Below are positions 11,118 through 23,979 of a stretch of DNA of 64,000 nucleotides, piece after piece. The stretch is taken from NCBI RefSeq assembly GCF_035084215.1, contig NC_090349.1, positions 35,960,001 through 36,024,000 of the forward strand. The letters run 5' to 3'. Within the stretch, counting starts at the first letter, position 1; each line of letters opens with the position of its first letter. This stretch comes from Heptranchias perlo. Taxonomy: Eukaryota. The notes below the pieces were generated by a model. That model searched no databases. It saw only the letters and a program-made list of their open reading frames with translations, and was not told the origin of the DNA. Made by a program: the position numbers and the translations under genes.

Positions 11118-12586
11118 GAATCTTTTTGAGGAGGTCACAAACATGGTGGTTAGTGTGTATGTATGGATGTGTGTGGATGGAGTGTGTATGGATGTTATCT
11201 ATATGGACTTCCAGAAGGCGTTTGATAAGGTTCCGTACAAGAGATTAGCAAAAATTAGAGTGCACAGAATTGGAGGCAACTTTGTGACACGTTGGAAATT
11301 GGTTGGGAAGTAGGAGACAGTGGGGGATAAAGGGTACGGACTCTGATTGGCAGGATATGACACATGGTGTTCCCCAGAGATCTGTACTGGGGCTCAGCTT
11401 TTCACCATATTTACGACTTGGATGAAGATGACAGTTGTATATCGAAGTTTGCAGATGACACTAAGTTGGGAGGCACAGTAAATTGTGCAGAGGGGAGGAG
11501 GATGTTACAAAGGGCCATAGACATATTAAGTGAGTGGGCAAAACAGTGGCAAATAGAGTTCAAAATGGGGAAATGTGAGGTCATTCACTTTGGATCCAAG
11601 AAAGACAAATCAGAGTATTTTCTAAATGCTGAGAAACTAGGAATTGTGGATGAGCAAAGGGATTTGAGTCTCCATGTACACAAATCACTAAAATCTAGTG
11701 GCTAGGTTAAAAAAGAATCAAAAAGGCTAACAGAATGTTGGCCTTTATCCCATGGGGGTTGGAATATGAAGGGGGTGGAGTTATGCTCCAGTTGTATAAA
11801 GCCTTGGTCAGACCCCATCCGGAGTACTGCGTTCAGTTCTGGGTGCCGCACCTCAGGAAAGATATATTGGCTTTGGAAAGGGTACAGCGCAGATTCACCA
11901 GAATGATATTGGGGCTTAAAGAGTTAAATTATGAGGACAGGTTGCATAAACCTGGCTTGTATTCCCTCGAGTTTAGAAGATTGAGGAGTGATCTAACTGA
12001 CCTGTTTAAAATGGTTACGGGATTCCATAGAGTAGATACAGAGAAACTATTTCCTCTTGTGGGGGAAATTCAGAACAAGGGGGCATAATCTTAAAATTAG
12101 AGCTAAACCATTCAGGAGTTAAATCAGGAAGCATCTTTTCACACTAAGGGTAGAAGAAATCTGGAACATTCCCTCCCCAAAACGCTGTGGATGCCGGGTT
12201 AATTGAAACTTTCAAGGTGGAGATCAATAGATTTTTGTTAGGTAAGGAAAGGGTGGTGAGTGTCTGGAACGAGCTGCCAGAGGCAGTGGTAGAGGCGGGT
12301 ACAATTTTGTCTTTTAAAAAGCATTTGGACAGTTACATGGGTAAGATGGGTATAAAGGGATATGGGCCAAGTGCAGGCAATTGGGACTAGCTTAGTGGTA
12401 TAAACTGGGCGACATGGACATGTTGGGCCGAAGGGCCTGTTTCCATGTTGTAAACTTCTATGATTCTATGATATCGAGGGATATGGAGCAAAGCCAGGTA
12501 AATGGCATTGAGGTACAGATTAGCCATGATCTAACTGAATGGCGGAACAGGTTTGAGGGGCTGAATGGCCCACTCCTGTTCCTATG
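11118..12586 (+). mobile_element. CR1 LINE, 5'-truncated
   Basis: MDFQKAFDKVP, SKFADDTKLGG and LYKALVRPHPEYCVQFW. The 3' end is cctgttcctatg. Confidence 0.92.
12248..12471 (+). mobile_element. Young CR1 3'-end insert nested in older CR1
   Basis: WNELPEAVVEAG..FKKHLD with a ttctatga tail. It splits the host at ggtaagga/tatcgaggg and is near-identical to 14586-14797. Confidence 0.9.
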
Positions 12587-12649
12587 ACAAGTCCATGAGC
12601 TCCTTGCACTTGTTGGAAGTGAGGGTAGTGGGGCTTAAGGAAAGAAAGA

Positions 12650-12862
12650 TCTTTCATTTATGTAGTGCCTTTTACAATCTCAGGACATCCCAAAGTGCTT
12701 TACAGCCAATGAATACTTTTGAAGTGTGGTCACTGCTGTAATGTGGGGAAACACAGCAGCCAATTTTCAGGTAAGTTCCTGAAAACAGAAATGAGATAAA
12801 CGAACAATTAAACTGTTTTAGTGGTGTTGGTTGAAGGACAAATGTTGGACAGGACATTGGGA
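12650..12862 (-). mobile_element. Deu-type SINE 3' fragment
   Basis: Matches 5544-5750 (ctcaggacatcccaaagtgctttacagccaatgaa..tttgaagtgtggtcactg). Confidence 0.75.
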
Positions 12863-14261
12863 AACACAGCTAAAATTCCAGGAAAATTTAGTAGTATAAG
12901 AAAAGGTAATTTAATTTATTTAATCACTAAGTACCAATTGGCCCAATTACAAATGGCAGAACGCAGTATCTAAAAGGACCAGTAAAATGCCACAAGATTC
13001 AGAATGGATTTGACAGTGTAAAACAGTGCCCTGGTCTCCAGCAATTCGCCTGCATCAAATCTAACTCTCTTCTGGTTGAAGAGTCTATCTTTTCTCCTCC
13101 TCTCCTCTCCACCCCACGATCTATTTTAAGACCAACAGCTGTAGTAGAGGTGAAGTACTGCAGCCCCTCATTCCAAAGGAAACGCATCCTGCCTGGGATT
13201 ACAATGCAGGAAGGGCCCCAACTGTTGAATTGTTCAACCCAGCCGTCTGTGTGCTTGCAAGCAGGATTCAAGTTATTTTGTTCAGTAAATGACTTCCTCT
13301 GGGAAGAACGTCTGGTTGAAGCTTCAGTTTTTTTTTGGATACTGTATTTCCAGTATTTCTCCAAGAAAAAAGTGGTAGAAAAATGATTGTTCTATCGAGC
13401 TCCTGAGACAAACAGACTAAAGGCTGGTGATGTCTTGCATACTACAGTAAAGGGAAAGTCAGCCATAATTAATGATTCTTGTAGGGGCTGTTTTGTACAC
13501 AAGTATAAAACCTAAGCAGCACAGGTTTTGGGTGGGGGGGGTGGAAAAAGAGCGTGGAAGAGAGGATCGCTGCATAAGCTGAAGTACTCCGCCGATACCC
13601 TTTTCTTTTTCGTTGAGTATGATGTAAAAATGAAAGAAAAACGTTATAAAGATTAGAGATAATCTTTTTAGTACGGTGGATGGAATTCACTTGGTGTTTA
13701 GTTCCCATCCATTGTGCTCCACATGCAGGTCGACTACTATACATGCGTTTGGTTTGGTCTTTTCCTATAACAAGGAAGTACAGAGCAGTTCCTACAGGGC
13801 CCAGAAACTGAAGGTTGACGTATTGGATATAATGTAAAGTGTACTGAAAGCCTCTTACTCCCATAAAAAAGGAGCCACAGAATCAATTATTTGCCCCTGC
13901 CTGTCTCTAAACAATAAATTAGACTATACTCCCATCTCTGACAAGTGCTTTCAAAATCTGATTCTGTTGTGAAGTTAGGATTCTTTCAAATTCAGTTACT
14001 GCAAGTTTTGGTTGGAAAAAAAGCAACGTGTCACCTACGAGGCAGAGGATGCAAACTTACTGTTCTCTACCCCTGCAGAGACCTTGCATCCTTTAGGATT
14101 CAAATAATCCTTGAACACAAGTGCTCACTGCACTTCACATTTTTTCTCCAAGCCACTCCAGAAGATGTACATTTAATCAAAATACCACACTCTCGCCAGT
14201 GTCAGTCAGGTTCTAAAATAACTAACTAGATTCATAACCAAAAATTCAACAAGTAGGACAC

Positions 14262-15087
14262 AAGGTGTCTCTTGTCTTTGGTTCCAAACAGTATTAAGAC
14301 AGGAAGATCTTGGTTGGAAGACAGGTGTGCACAGCACCCACCTTTGGATCATTCAACCTGCAAATTGGACCATCTGAGGAAATATTAAGCCACTGATGTT
14401 TACCCCAGACAGCTCAAAAGCTAATAGGTTATTTAATCCGGTGGCCATAGATACAAGGACGGAACCACAAAAAGAATTTATGTAAAGTGGCCACAGTAAA
14501 AGGCATGATTTTTATTTATTTTCTTTACAGTTACACTCTGCTGACTCAGTTTCTTTACCCACAGTCTGCAATATGCCCCATGACTCATAGAATCATAGAA
14601 TCATAGAAGTTACAACATGGAAACAGGCCCTTCGGCCCAACATGTCCATGTCGCCCAGTTTATACCACTAAGCTAGTCCCAATTGCCTGCACTTGGCCCA
14701 TATCCCTCGATACCCATCTTACCCATGTAACTGTCCAAATGCTTTTTAAAAGACAAAATTGTACCCGCCTCGACTACTGCCTCTGGCAGCTCGTTCCTTT
14801 CACTTTCAGTTGTTTCACCCAGGGCCATCATGCTTCTCATGTTTGCTGTGTTGTCTATCTCTTTCACATGGGCACCAGACTTAATGAGCAATTAGTCTCT
14901 GAACTGTCTAGATTGCACATCAATGGCTTAATACTTTTCAGAAAGGCTTAATATTTCCTCATAGTCCAATTTCCAGATTGAATGATCCAAAGATGGGTGA
15001 TGTTCACACTTGTTAACATATAAATGGAGGTTCTCTCTTTAATTAACTCATTAATACTGTTTGGATCCCAAAGACACGAGACACCTT
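14262..15087. mobile_element. Old fold-back element with ~190 bp degenerate inverted arms
   Basis: 14262-14450 is the reverse complement of ~14860-15087, e.g. ggtgtctcttgtctttggttccaaacagtattaa vs ttaatactgtttggatcccaaagacacgagacacc, and ctttggatcattcaa vs ttgaatgatccaaag. Confidence 0.75.
14586..14797 (-). mobile_element. Young CR1 3'-end insert
   Basis: (tcatagaa)3 tail on +. About 5 differences from 12266-12471. Confidence 0.9.
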
Positions 15088-15214
15088 CTGGCAATCGGAC
15101 ATGCTGGAGCCTAACCTTAGCTTTACATCCGACACTACGAAGTATTATTTCTATGCAAAGCTAATTTCACCTCTATCTACCTACATACAGTTGCAAGAGA
15201 CTGATATTTGTTAT

Positions 15215-15380
15215 AGATGGGTTAACATTTCAGGTCTGGAACTTCATCAGAACTGGCAAAAGAACAAAACTGCAGAAGCTGGAAATAAAAAAAAACAAAG
15301 TTCTGGACACGCTTAGTAGGTCAGCATCTGTAGAGACAACAGACAAGCTGAAGTTTCACATGTGGACCCTTCAATCAGGA
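15215..15380 (-). mobile_element. Old Penelope-type pLTR remnants of a second family with decayed hammerhead motifs
   Basis: Minus strand 15253-15221 reads GTT-CTGATGA-agttccagacct-GAAA-TG-T-T-AAC. A more decayed motif lies at 15378-15347. Confidence 0.6.
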
Positions 15381-15851
15381 TTTGCAGACAGAATGGAGGT
15401 ACCCAGCAAAGCGATTGTCTAGTCTGCGTTTGGTCTCCCCAATGTGCAGTAAACTGCACTATGAGCAGTAAATGGAACATACTAGATAGAAAAAAAGCAT
15501 ATGTAAACTGCTGTCTCACATTGAAGCATCTGGGACCCTGGACAATGGTATGGGAAATGAACAGATGTTGCATATGCTACAGTTGCAGAGTGCCAAAGAA
15601 GATCAGCCAGTCGTAGGGGTGATGGAAAATTAAAGTTTATGCGAAGCACATCTCTGAAAATATATCGCCATAGTTTAAAGTTAGAATCTGGATTATATTT
15701 TTGAATTGATCACAGCATTCTTCAATTAGAAAAATGTTAAATTACACATTCAGCAGTAGGAATCATACAAAGTGTAATCGTTTCAAAGGCAGAATAAGAA
15801 AATACTTGGTAGGACGAGGCCTGATACAATCCTTTAAACTACTCTATTTAC

Positions 15852-16750
15852 ACAGGAATAGGAACAGGAGTAGGCCGTTCAGCCATCCAATCAGATCATG
15901 GCTGATCTGTACCGTAATTCCATTTACTTGCCTTTGCTCCATATTCCATGACTCAGCCTTCAACATTTCAATTGATCCAGCATCCACAGCCTTTCGGAGG
16001 AGAGTGTTCTAGATTTCCACTACTATGAAAAAGTGCTCCCTAATTTCACTCCTGAATGGCCTAGCTCCAATTTTAAGATTGTACCCCCTTGTTCTGGATT
16101 CCCCACCAGAGGAAATAGTTTCTCTATCTATCCTATCAAATCCCTTTATCATTTTAAAGTCCTTAATTAGATCAAACTTCTAAACTCAAGGGAATACAAG
16201 CCACGTTAATGCTCTGTATAACTGAAGCATAATTTCCTCCCTGTTGTATTCCAGTCCCCTTGAGATAAAGGCCAACAATACATTAGCCTTTTTGATTACT
16301 TTTTGTAGCTGCGCACGAGCTTTTAGTGATGTGTACATGGAGACCAAAAATCCCTTTGCTCCTCCACAGTTCCTAGTCTCTCACCATTAAGAAAATATTC
16401 TGATTTGTCTCAGATTCAAAATGGATGACCTCATACTTCCTCACATGGAATTCCATTTGTCACAGTTTTGCCCACTCACTTATCTGTTTATGTCCCTTTG
16501 TAACTTCCTTCTCATCCACACAACTTCCTGTGCCTCCTAACAATCTTAGATATGCAACTCTATTCCTTCATCCAAATCATTATTATACATGGTTAAAGGT
16601 TGACGCCGCAGTACAGATACCCAGGGAACACCACTGGTCACATCCTGCCAATCAGAGTACACTCCTTCAATCCCTACTCTGTCTCCTGCCTCTCAACCAA
16701 TAACCAACCCATATTACAAGGTTACCTCCAATTCCATTCACTTATTTTAA
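15852..16750 (-). mobile_element. CR1 fragment, degenerate with internal deletions
   Basis: Begins with the CR1 3' end aggaacaggagtaggcc. RT-region remnants follow (ccatttgtcacagttttgcccactca; gatacccagggaacaccact). Confidence 0.8.
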
Positions 16751-17964
16751 ATAATCTCTATTTCTCAACAAGTGAATCTACAGATCAACAGTTATGACTG
16801 AACTCACTTAATCAAAATCACTACAAATCATCTACCAAAAAAATTACATGCTATGCTTCCCCATATCAGTTGGTTATCTTACTTAACTTGATGACTCCTA
16901 CTCTCCGGCACTCAAACTTCTGAGCCTGGCCAAGCATAAATCTGAGCGGGCAAACTTTGAAGACCAGTCTTGAATCTCGCAATTGTTCATAACTGGAAGG
17001 GAAAGCTGCCAGACAACTATTGTTGAGCACAGGGGACCAAAAACTTCCCAACACCATGGGTGTGAGGTGTTTAATTGATAAGACAAGCTAATAAATTGCT
17101 TGTTTAGTGTTTTAACCAACTCTCGCCTCAGTGCCTTTTTCAAACTTGTGTGAATACACTTTGGTTTAAACCCCAAACATTTAAAAGTAACTCTTCATGG
17201 GAAAAATCCCAAAGCATGATGATCACCCCCTACTTTCCAAGCAAAACTCAGGGTAATTTTTAAAAAAAACAAACTCATGACCCGTGTGTTAGACGCCCAG
17301 TCACAGCGGCTCCCCATAATCCAGGAAATGAGACTCTAATGCACTCTATTCCAAATACAGACAGGGACACGGAGACCAGGTGCCTTGAGGGAGGGGAGAG
17401 AGCAGTACTGAAGGGTCCAGAGTAAAGTCAGCAGGACTAGATTAGAAGCAGAGAAATGAACTCCCCAGAAAGAGTTCCAACGCAACGGTATAACGTGACC
17501 CTGTTACTTTCAATCCTCAATGACCTACATTTCTGATCATACAAAAGCATATAAGCAACCAAATTAAAACCTTGGACATCCCCCTGTACTAACCTCATCA
17601 GGATACTGCATACATCAGTAATTTCCTCAATAATACCAGCATCCCCTGTATGCGTGTATGGCTCATTAGGGCACGAAGCATTTTTTTTAAAATATAAAGT
17701 TATTGATTTCACACTGGTATAAAGTCAAACTTTTATTCACTTTAGCTGCCTCCATGCAAGTCATTGAAAAGATCATCTTTCTTGGATTTAAAACCCAAAA
17801 TGAATTTCAACATAAAATTTTTAATTGTAAACTATGTTTTGGCACAAATAAGCCCATTTTCTTACTGAGGTTGAATAAAGACACAATTTACTTCAAAGGA
17901 TTAAAATAAGCTGTTGACCACCGTAGTATTTCCATAAATTCAATCTAAAACCAACAGGTTCAGA

Positions 17965-18365
17965 GAGTTTATCTAGTGAATAGTAGACTCGCACAAATGC
18001 AGAAAGTCCCAGGTTTGATCCCTGGTCTATATGGAGGTAGATGATCTCAGCAGGTACAGCATACAGAAGTCAGAAGACACAAACCAACATCCAGAAAATA
18101 CAGACACATACCAGAGTGACATGGACAGAAAAACCAGGCAAAACCAACACAAAACTACAGGCAAACATCCATGGCTCTCACTAATCACTATTCAACAATC
18201 TCTAGTGGAACTAGGTGCGGACACCAAGAGCAGGATCAGACTTGGCTCCAATATCCTAGCTCCTGCCCCATGGTTAAATGGCCTGCACCACGAATGGCTA
18301 CTTGGGTGAAGGCGGGTAATGCTTGGAATACTACTCCAACCACACCTTCGGGCGAGAAGAATGGT
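17965..18365 (+). mobile_element. SINE family S copy with internal insertion
   Basis: agaaagtcccaggtttgatccctggtct head; later caggatcagacttggct and gaatggctacttgggtgaagg. Confidence 0.6.
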
Positions 18366-19547
18366 GAGACAAATAAAAAGCCAGAGGTTCTAAGAATACA
18401 TATTCAAAGGCCCAAATAAGGGATATTTTGAATTCTAGGGTTAGAGCTTCTGCCCTATTCCCATTACGTTGCAGTGAGCAACCACACTAGGTGCTGCTAC
18501 AATCATTAGCGTTGTTACAGTACTGCTAGCAAGATTTAGATTGTAATGTTACTTTGGGGATAAGACTGGAAACAGAAGAGTTCAGATTGTGAGATTAAAC
18601 CAGTTTGGTTAGTTGCCCTCAGTATAATACTGTGGGTCAATTTTACTACATCAATGTTTTTGATTTTCAAAATCACGAGTGATGCATTTTAAGGCACCTT
18701 TATAATCTCTACATTTTATTGGCAAAACAGTAATTCCGTAAATCGAAGGGGCCACTAGTTGCGAAAGTTATCAATGTAGCTAAACCCAACAGGAATCTCC
18801 AGCTAAAAGCTGCGCTATTTAGATTTAATTTCCCTGCACCATGATAAGCGTATAGACCATATGAAATGTGCCTACATTTAAAAAAAAATTACACTTAAAA
18901 ACATGTTTCAAAGGCTCATGAAAGTAAATCCATTCATCTACAACCGAAGAGTATTAAACTCTTGACAAGCTGAAATCCTACTGGTCCTTCAGATTTTTTT
19001 TTAAAGTTTCTCACCTTATCTGCCCATTTTGGGGAGGGGGACAATGATGCAGGAGTCTCATCATACACTGCTCAAGCTCAATCTTCTGATGAATTGACAA
19101 AGGTGAGTGAAGGAGGAGAGAATAAAAATGGGTTAAAAAAAACTTTGAATGCTTAATGGCTGATGCCATTGACTGACTAGTGCAGGGCTGAGGGGATCTG
19201 AACCCAGCAGTTTGCTCTAGCCCGATCTACATCACTCAATTGTTATAGGCTTCCTTTAACTGAAAGTTTTTAATCATCTTGCTGGACTCGAAGGAACAAT
19301 TCTTCATTTTTTCCAGCTCTGACCACACCATAGTCCAAGACAAAAACAACCCAGAAAAGGGACACTTGGAATTTAAAAAATTTAAAACAAAAAAAAAGGC
19401 AACTAAAATCTTTAATCTTTACAAGTGTAGCAGTACTTGCAATTGAAACTGTTCAAAACTTCTCAATATCAAAGTGGATCCTGCACATTTGCAAGGTGTT
19501 ATCAAAGGAATCCATGTATGTTATATTGTATTCATGTGTTAACACCA

Positions 19548-19735
19548 GTTTTGGCCTCTACTCCTCTCTCTCCCCTCCTTTAAGTCGCTCCTTATAACCT
19601 ACCTCTGACCAAGCTTTTGTTCACCTGTCCTGATATCTCGTGGTTTGGTGTCAAATTTTGCCTGATAAAGTTCCAGTGAAGCACTTTGGGATATTTTTGC
19701 TACATTAAAGGCACTATATAAATGCATGTTGTTGT
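19548..19735 (+). mobile_element. L2 3' tail
   Basis: ctcctttaagtcgctcctta..gaccaagctttt..gtgaagcactttgggat..ggcactatataaatgcatgttgttg. Confidence 0.75.
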
Positions 19736-19814
19736 GATAAAAGACTTCCTTAAAATATACAGTAGCATTGAATGGTTAGTAGTTTGCAGCATCCAGCCTG
19801 CTTAAAAACACAAT

Positions 19815-20385
19815 GGAATCATATAGCACAGGAGGCCATTCAGCCCATCGTGTCTGTGCTGGCTCTTTGAAAGAGCTATCCAATTAGTCGTACTCCTGTG
19901 CTCTTTCCCCATTGCCCTGCAATTGTTACAATTTCAACTATATAGCCAATTCCCTTTTGAAAGTTACTATTGAATCTGCTTCTACCACCTTTTCAGGCAA
20001 TGCACTCCGGATCATAACAACTTGCTACATAAAAAAAATTCATCTCCTCTCTGGTTCTTCTGCCAATTATCTTAAATTTGTATCCTCTGGTTACTGAACC
20101 TCCTGCCACTGGAAACAGTTTCTCCTTATTTATTCTATCAAAACCCTTCATAATTTTGAACACCTCTATTAAATCTCCCCATAACCCATACTGCTCTCAG
20201 GAGAACAATCCCAGCTTCTCTAATTTTCCACGTAACTGAAGTCCCTCATCCAGTAATTTATAAAGGTTAAGCATAACCTCCTTGCCTTTCCACTCTATGC
20301 CTCTATTTATAAAGCTAAGGATCCTGTATATTTTCTTTTTAAAAATCAGACTTCTCAACTTGTCCTGCCACCTTCAAAGATTTGA
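19815..20385 (-). mobile_element. CR1 3' fragment
   Basis: ggaggccattcagccc 3' UTR. Reverse-complement similarity to 740-1270. Confidence 0.8.
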
Positions 20386-21319
20386 TTATGAATAGGGATA
20401 CCTGGTCATCTGAATGCCTGTTAATTTTTTTTCAAACAATAACCAACTATATTTTAAAAGTACACCTGTGGACATTACTTACTGAAGATGGCATGTGTAA
20501 AAGTCTGCTCTGAGTTTGTTGAGTGGGGGGGTGGGGGATAATGATGTGATCACCATACTATTAATGCAATGTCTTCTGGATGGGTCATCCTGAGTGATGT
20601 TCATTCTCCACCAATTGCTGGATAGCAACAATTATAGTTTTTGCCAAAAAAGCCAGTTGAAGACTTATTATGTACAGTTTCTAACAAACATCAATACAGA
20701 GCAGGCAAAAGTCAGCTACAGTATCAGATGCTGCTCACTGAAAAACCATTTGACACTGATTACAAATTTGTGATCCATAGCAAAAAACTGTTCACCTGCA
20801 ACATTCAATAACGAACAGCATCTCAGTCTAAAGGTTAATATGGAACAATAGGATTAGAAAGCAGCAAGACAATGGAGTGGTTCTGGTCAGATCAAACCAT
20901 AAAAGCAAAATTCAAGCCATTAATCTCAATAATAAACCTCCAGGTTGGATTACTGGCTTTAACTCACTGCCAGCTTTGCTATTCTTAATAATACATTACC
21001 AAATTTATTCTTCTGTGGAAGGTATGCTGAGGCGAGTAGCAATAAGAATTAGGTGAAAGAGCAATAACAATAGAGGTTAATGTCTCATTTCTACTGCTTC
21101 CAGTGGAAGCAATTCTCCAGTTGTGTTAAATGCACTGGTGCTCAGAATTTGCAAGACAAGTCCTGATGGCAACACTGGACTGATTTTCTGTTCAAACTAA
21201 TTGTGGCAACAAACTTTCCTCAATTTAGGGCAAGTACCATACAGACCAGCTATATATGTGGAATTACTAAAGATAAAACCAGACCAATGGGCTCCTCCAA
21301 GGATTTGAAGACTTCATCT

Positions 21320-21630
21320 AGTGAGCAACTAAGCTATGCAGAGCAGGAAAGTCTCAAGATTTGATCCCCAGTCTGTGCGGAGTTACTTTATTGCAGCTGG
21401 GCCTTAGCACCCCTGCATTAGGGCAGGGTGGGGGGAAATGGCCAGGGTCCCTATCCCTGTTAGGGAACTGCACACTGGGGGAGGACTAGATTGGGATCGC
21501 TTGTAATGCCCTATACAGTGGAATATCCTCCCAAAACTCACTGTCAAGGTTCACTAACAAATAATGGCCTGTTGACAAGGCACTGGGCAATACTCCAGCA
21601 AGGAGTGGATACCTTTAGGAAAGGGAGGGG
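21320..21630 (+). mobile_element. SINE family S copy
   Basis: ggaaagtctcaagatttgatccccagtctgtgcggagtta..ggccagggtccc..aactcactgtcaaggttcac. Confidence 0.6.
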
Positions 21631-23979
21631 AGGGGAAGAGGATGAGGACAGCAGTGAAAATTGGCAAGGGAAAACAAAAAGCTTAAAAAGGTGGTCAAAG
21701 CTGTCTGCTGGCACAAGGGACAGGATACATGCAAATTGTTTTAAAGAGCTAAGTGCTTTCATTAACCCAAGGTCCCTGATGCCATGTCAAAGCCACTTGG
21801 TTATTACAGTTCTGAATGGATGAACAGCAGTTTTCGTTTTTTTTTAACGAGACAGAAGAATGGAGTGTTGCTGAATTTCTCTGATGAAATGCTGTGCAAT
21901 CAGATTATTGTGGGGATGGGGTTGGGAAAGAGAAAGCAGCCTTTAATAAAAAGATACAAAACCCATAAATATGAAGAGGTATAACAAATATATAGACCTA
22001 AGCTACATAATCTTAAATCAAAGACCAGCTTAGAGATTGATTACAGTACTTTTGTTTACACTCCCAACTCAAAACGTGCAACTGTCCAACACAGAGGCCC
22101 ATTGTAAGATTCCAGCCGCATCCCCCTTCCCCATGACTGACATTAACTAACTCAGCAGTGACCAGCGATTGAACCTAGGGAGTTGCCAGTTCCTCATGGC
22201 TCAGTTTCTGCCTCTCAAGGAGGTTTCACAGTCATGGGGAAGGAGGAGAGTTGGGTTAGATGGTGGAGAGGACAGGCTCGATGGACTAACTGGTCTCTTT
22301 TTCACTTGCTCATAGTTCCACACTCACCGTTGGCAAAAAAAGATTCAAATCAGTTCCCATTTGCTATTCTGCAGTGGTCATAATTAAGATGCTGGGGTGC
22401 AAGCAGTGCAGGAATAAGCAGCCAACAACTTCAAATGTCACATAGAACTCCCCACATCCAAAGACAATGGATTTAAATCAAAAGGCATTTCCTCTGACAT
22501 TATTTTCAATGTAGAATCTTTTTCAATGAACCAAAGTCCTCATATTTTGGCTCTAAGCATGTAACAAATGGTAAAAAGTCAATTTTGTGTTCAACGTTAG
22601 CCTGCAATTCCTCAAAACATGGTGCCATCACTTTCAGAGCCTCTAATATGTTGGCCATACCAACAACTTTTCTGCTTATCCAAGAAGCCATTTTGTTAAG
22701 TTATCCACTTTCAGTTTACTGAGAACGGGACAATAGCTACAACAGAAAAGCAGGTCACAGATCTTGGATTTGAACAGATACAAATTAGGAGCTCTAAGGA
22801 TGGTGGCATAACCCATAACCCTGCAAGCCAATATCCTGAACAGGCAAGGTATTTCTAGCTGGACAAACAGCAGGAAGCTTATCTGTGCACACTGCTGGAA
22901 AACTGGATAAACTTCAGCAGTACCACTAAGCACACTTAAGGGGGGGGGGGGGGGGGGGCCTAAACCTTGGCTGTTCAGAACACAAGCTCTCTGAACTTAA
23001 ATTATATGTTCCTTCAGGCAGAGACTGTGCACAACATATTAGGAAAACAAACTGCATGATTTTCAGTACTTTGGTTTGGAGTGTCAAGCACACCAACGGA
23101 TTTCTACGTGTCAAGATACCCAGCTGACCTTTTGAAATAAAACCTGCAGCACACTAACCAGATTCACACAAGACAATTACACCAAATAAAACTCGGCAGA
23201 AAATTAGCAAGCCTCGAACAAGACTGGCGCAATTAGATATCCCCTCTCACACTGTAGTAAAGATATGGAATAACCTCCCACTAAACTCGGTTAATGCTTT
23301 GAACATCCTAGTCTCCCATGGCAATCAACCTATGAATCCATTGCAAAATGTTGCTGGGCCTTCTGAAAGTTAGCTGAATAGGTTGGAGACTCATCGGTCC
23401 ACTCTGTTCACAGGAAGTGACTTCTCCTCCACGACTTAGTCACGCAGGTGAATTTTTAAAAAAATCCTGAATGTCAGTTATTTCACAACAGAACTAGTTT
23501 GGGCATGCAAGACACAAAACTATAACAGTCAGCTTTTTCTCTCTCCACTCCCTAACCCTAATCCCACCACCCCCCCAAAAAAATACATACAAGCTTAAAT
23601 ATTTGTAGCATTCAAGAACGAAAGCAGGACTTGTCCAGGCAGACAAAACAGAAGAGAATCCCTTACTGACAGGGTTTGTAGCACGTGGCCCTGCTATGCA
23701 ATCAAGCAGATAACATGAAAAGAATGTTCAACACTTCTCTGCATCTGTTCATATTGCTGCAGTTAAAGTACCTCATACTGTTTAAAAACAAAAACTGTGT
23801 GAACGGCTGGAAATGTGGTGAATGAAAACTAAATTTCTAATGGAACTTGTACCCCACCCCCCTCATTTTGTTCCACACATTACAACACATTAAAACGCTG
23901 ATGAGAACTCCAAGCTATTAATCCATAGTACTGGGTCACAAGACACAAAGATTGACTATTTGATAAAATATCAATGGAA

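Noticed and set aside
13469-13864. ORF starting MGVRGFQ, reminiscent of the FAM120/XPG-type N-terminus, downstream of an acceptor-like site
   Set aside because: Similarity ends after about 7 residues. The rest has no recognisable domain and no strong donor.
22940-22958. Long G homopolymers (also ~27216, 42224, 43169)
   Set aside because: Simple sequence, prone to length error, with no supporting structure.
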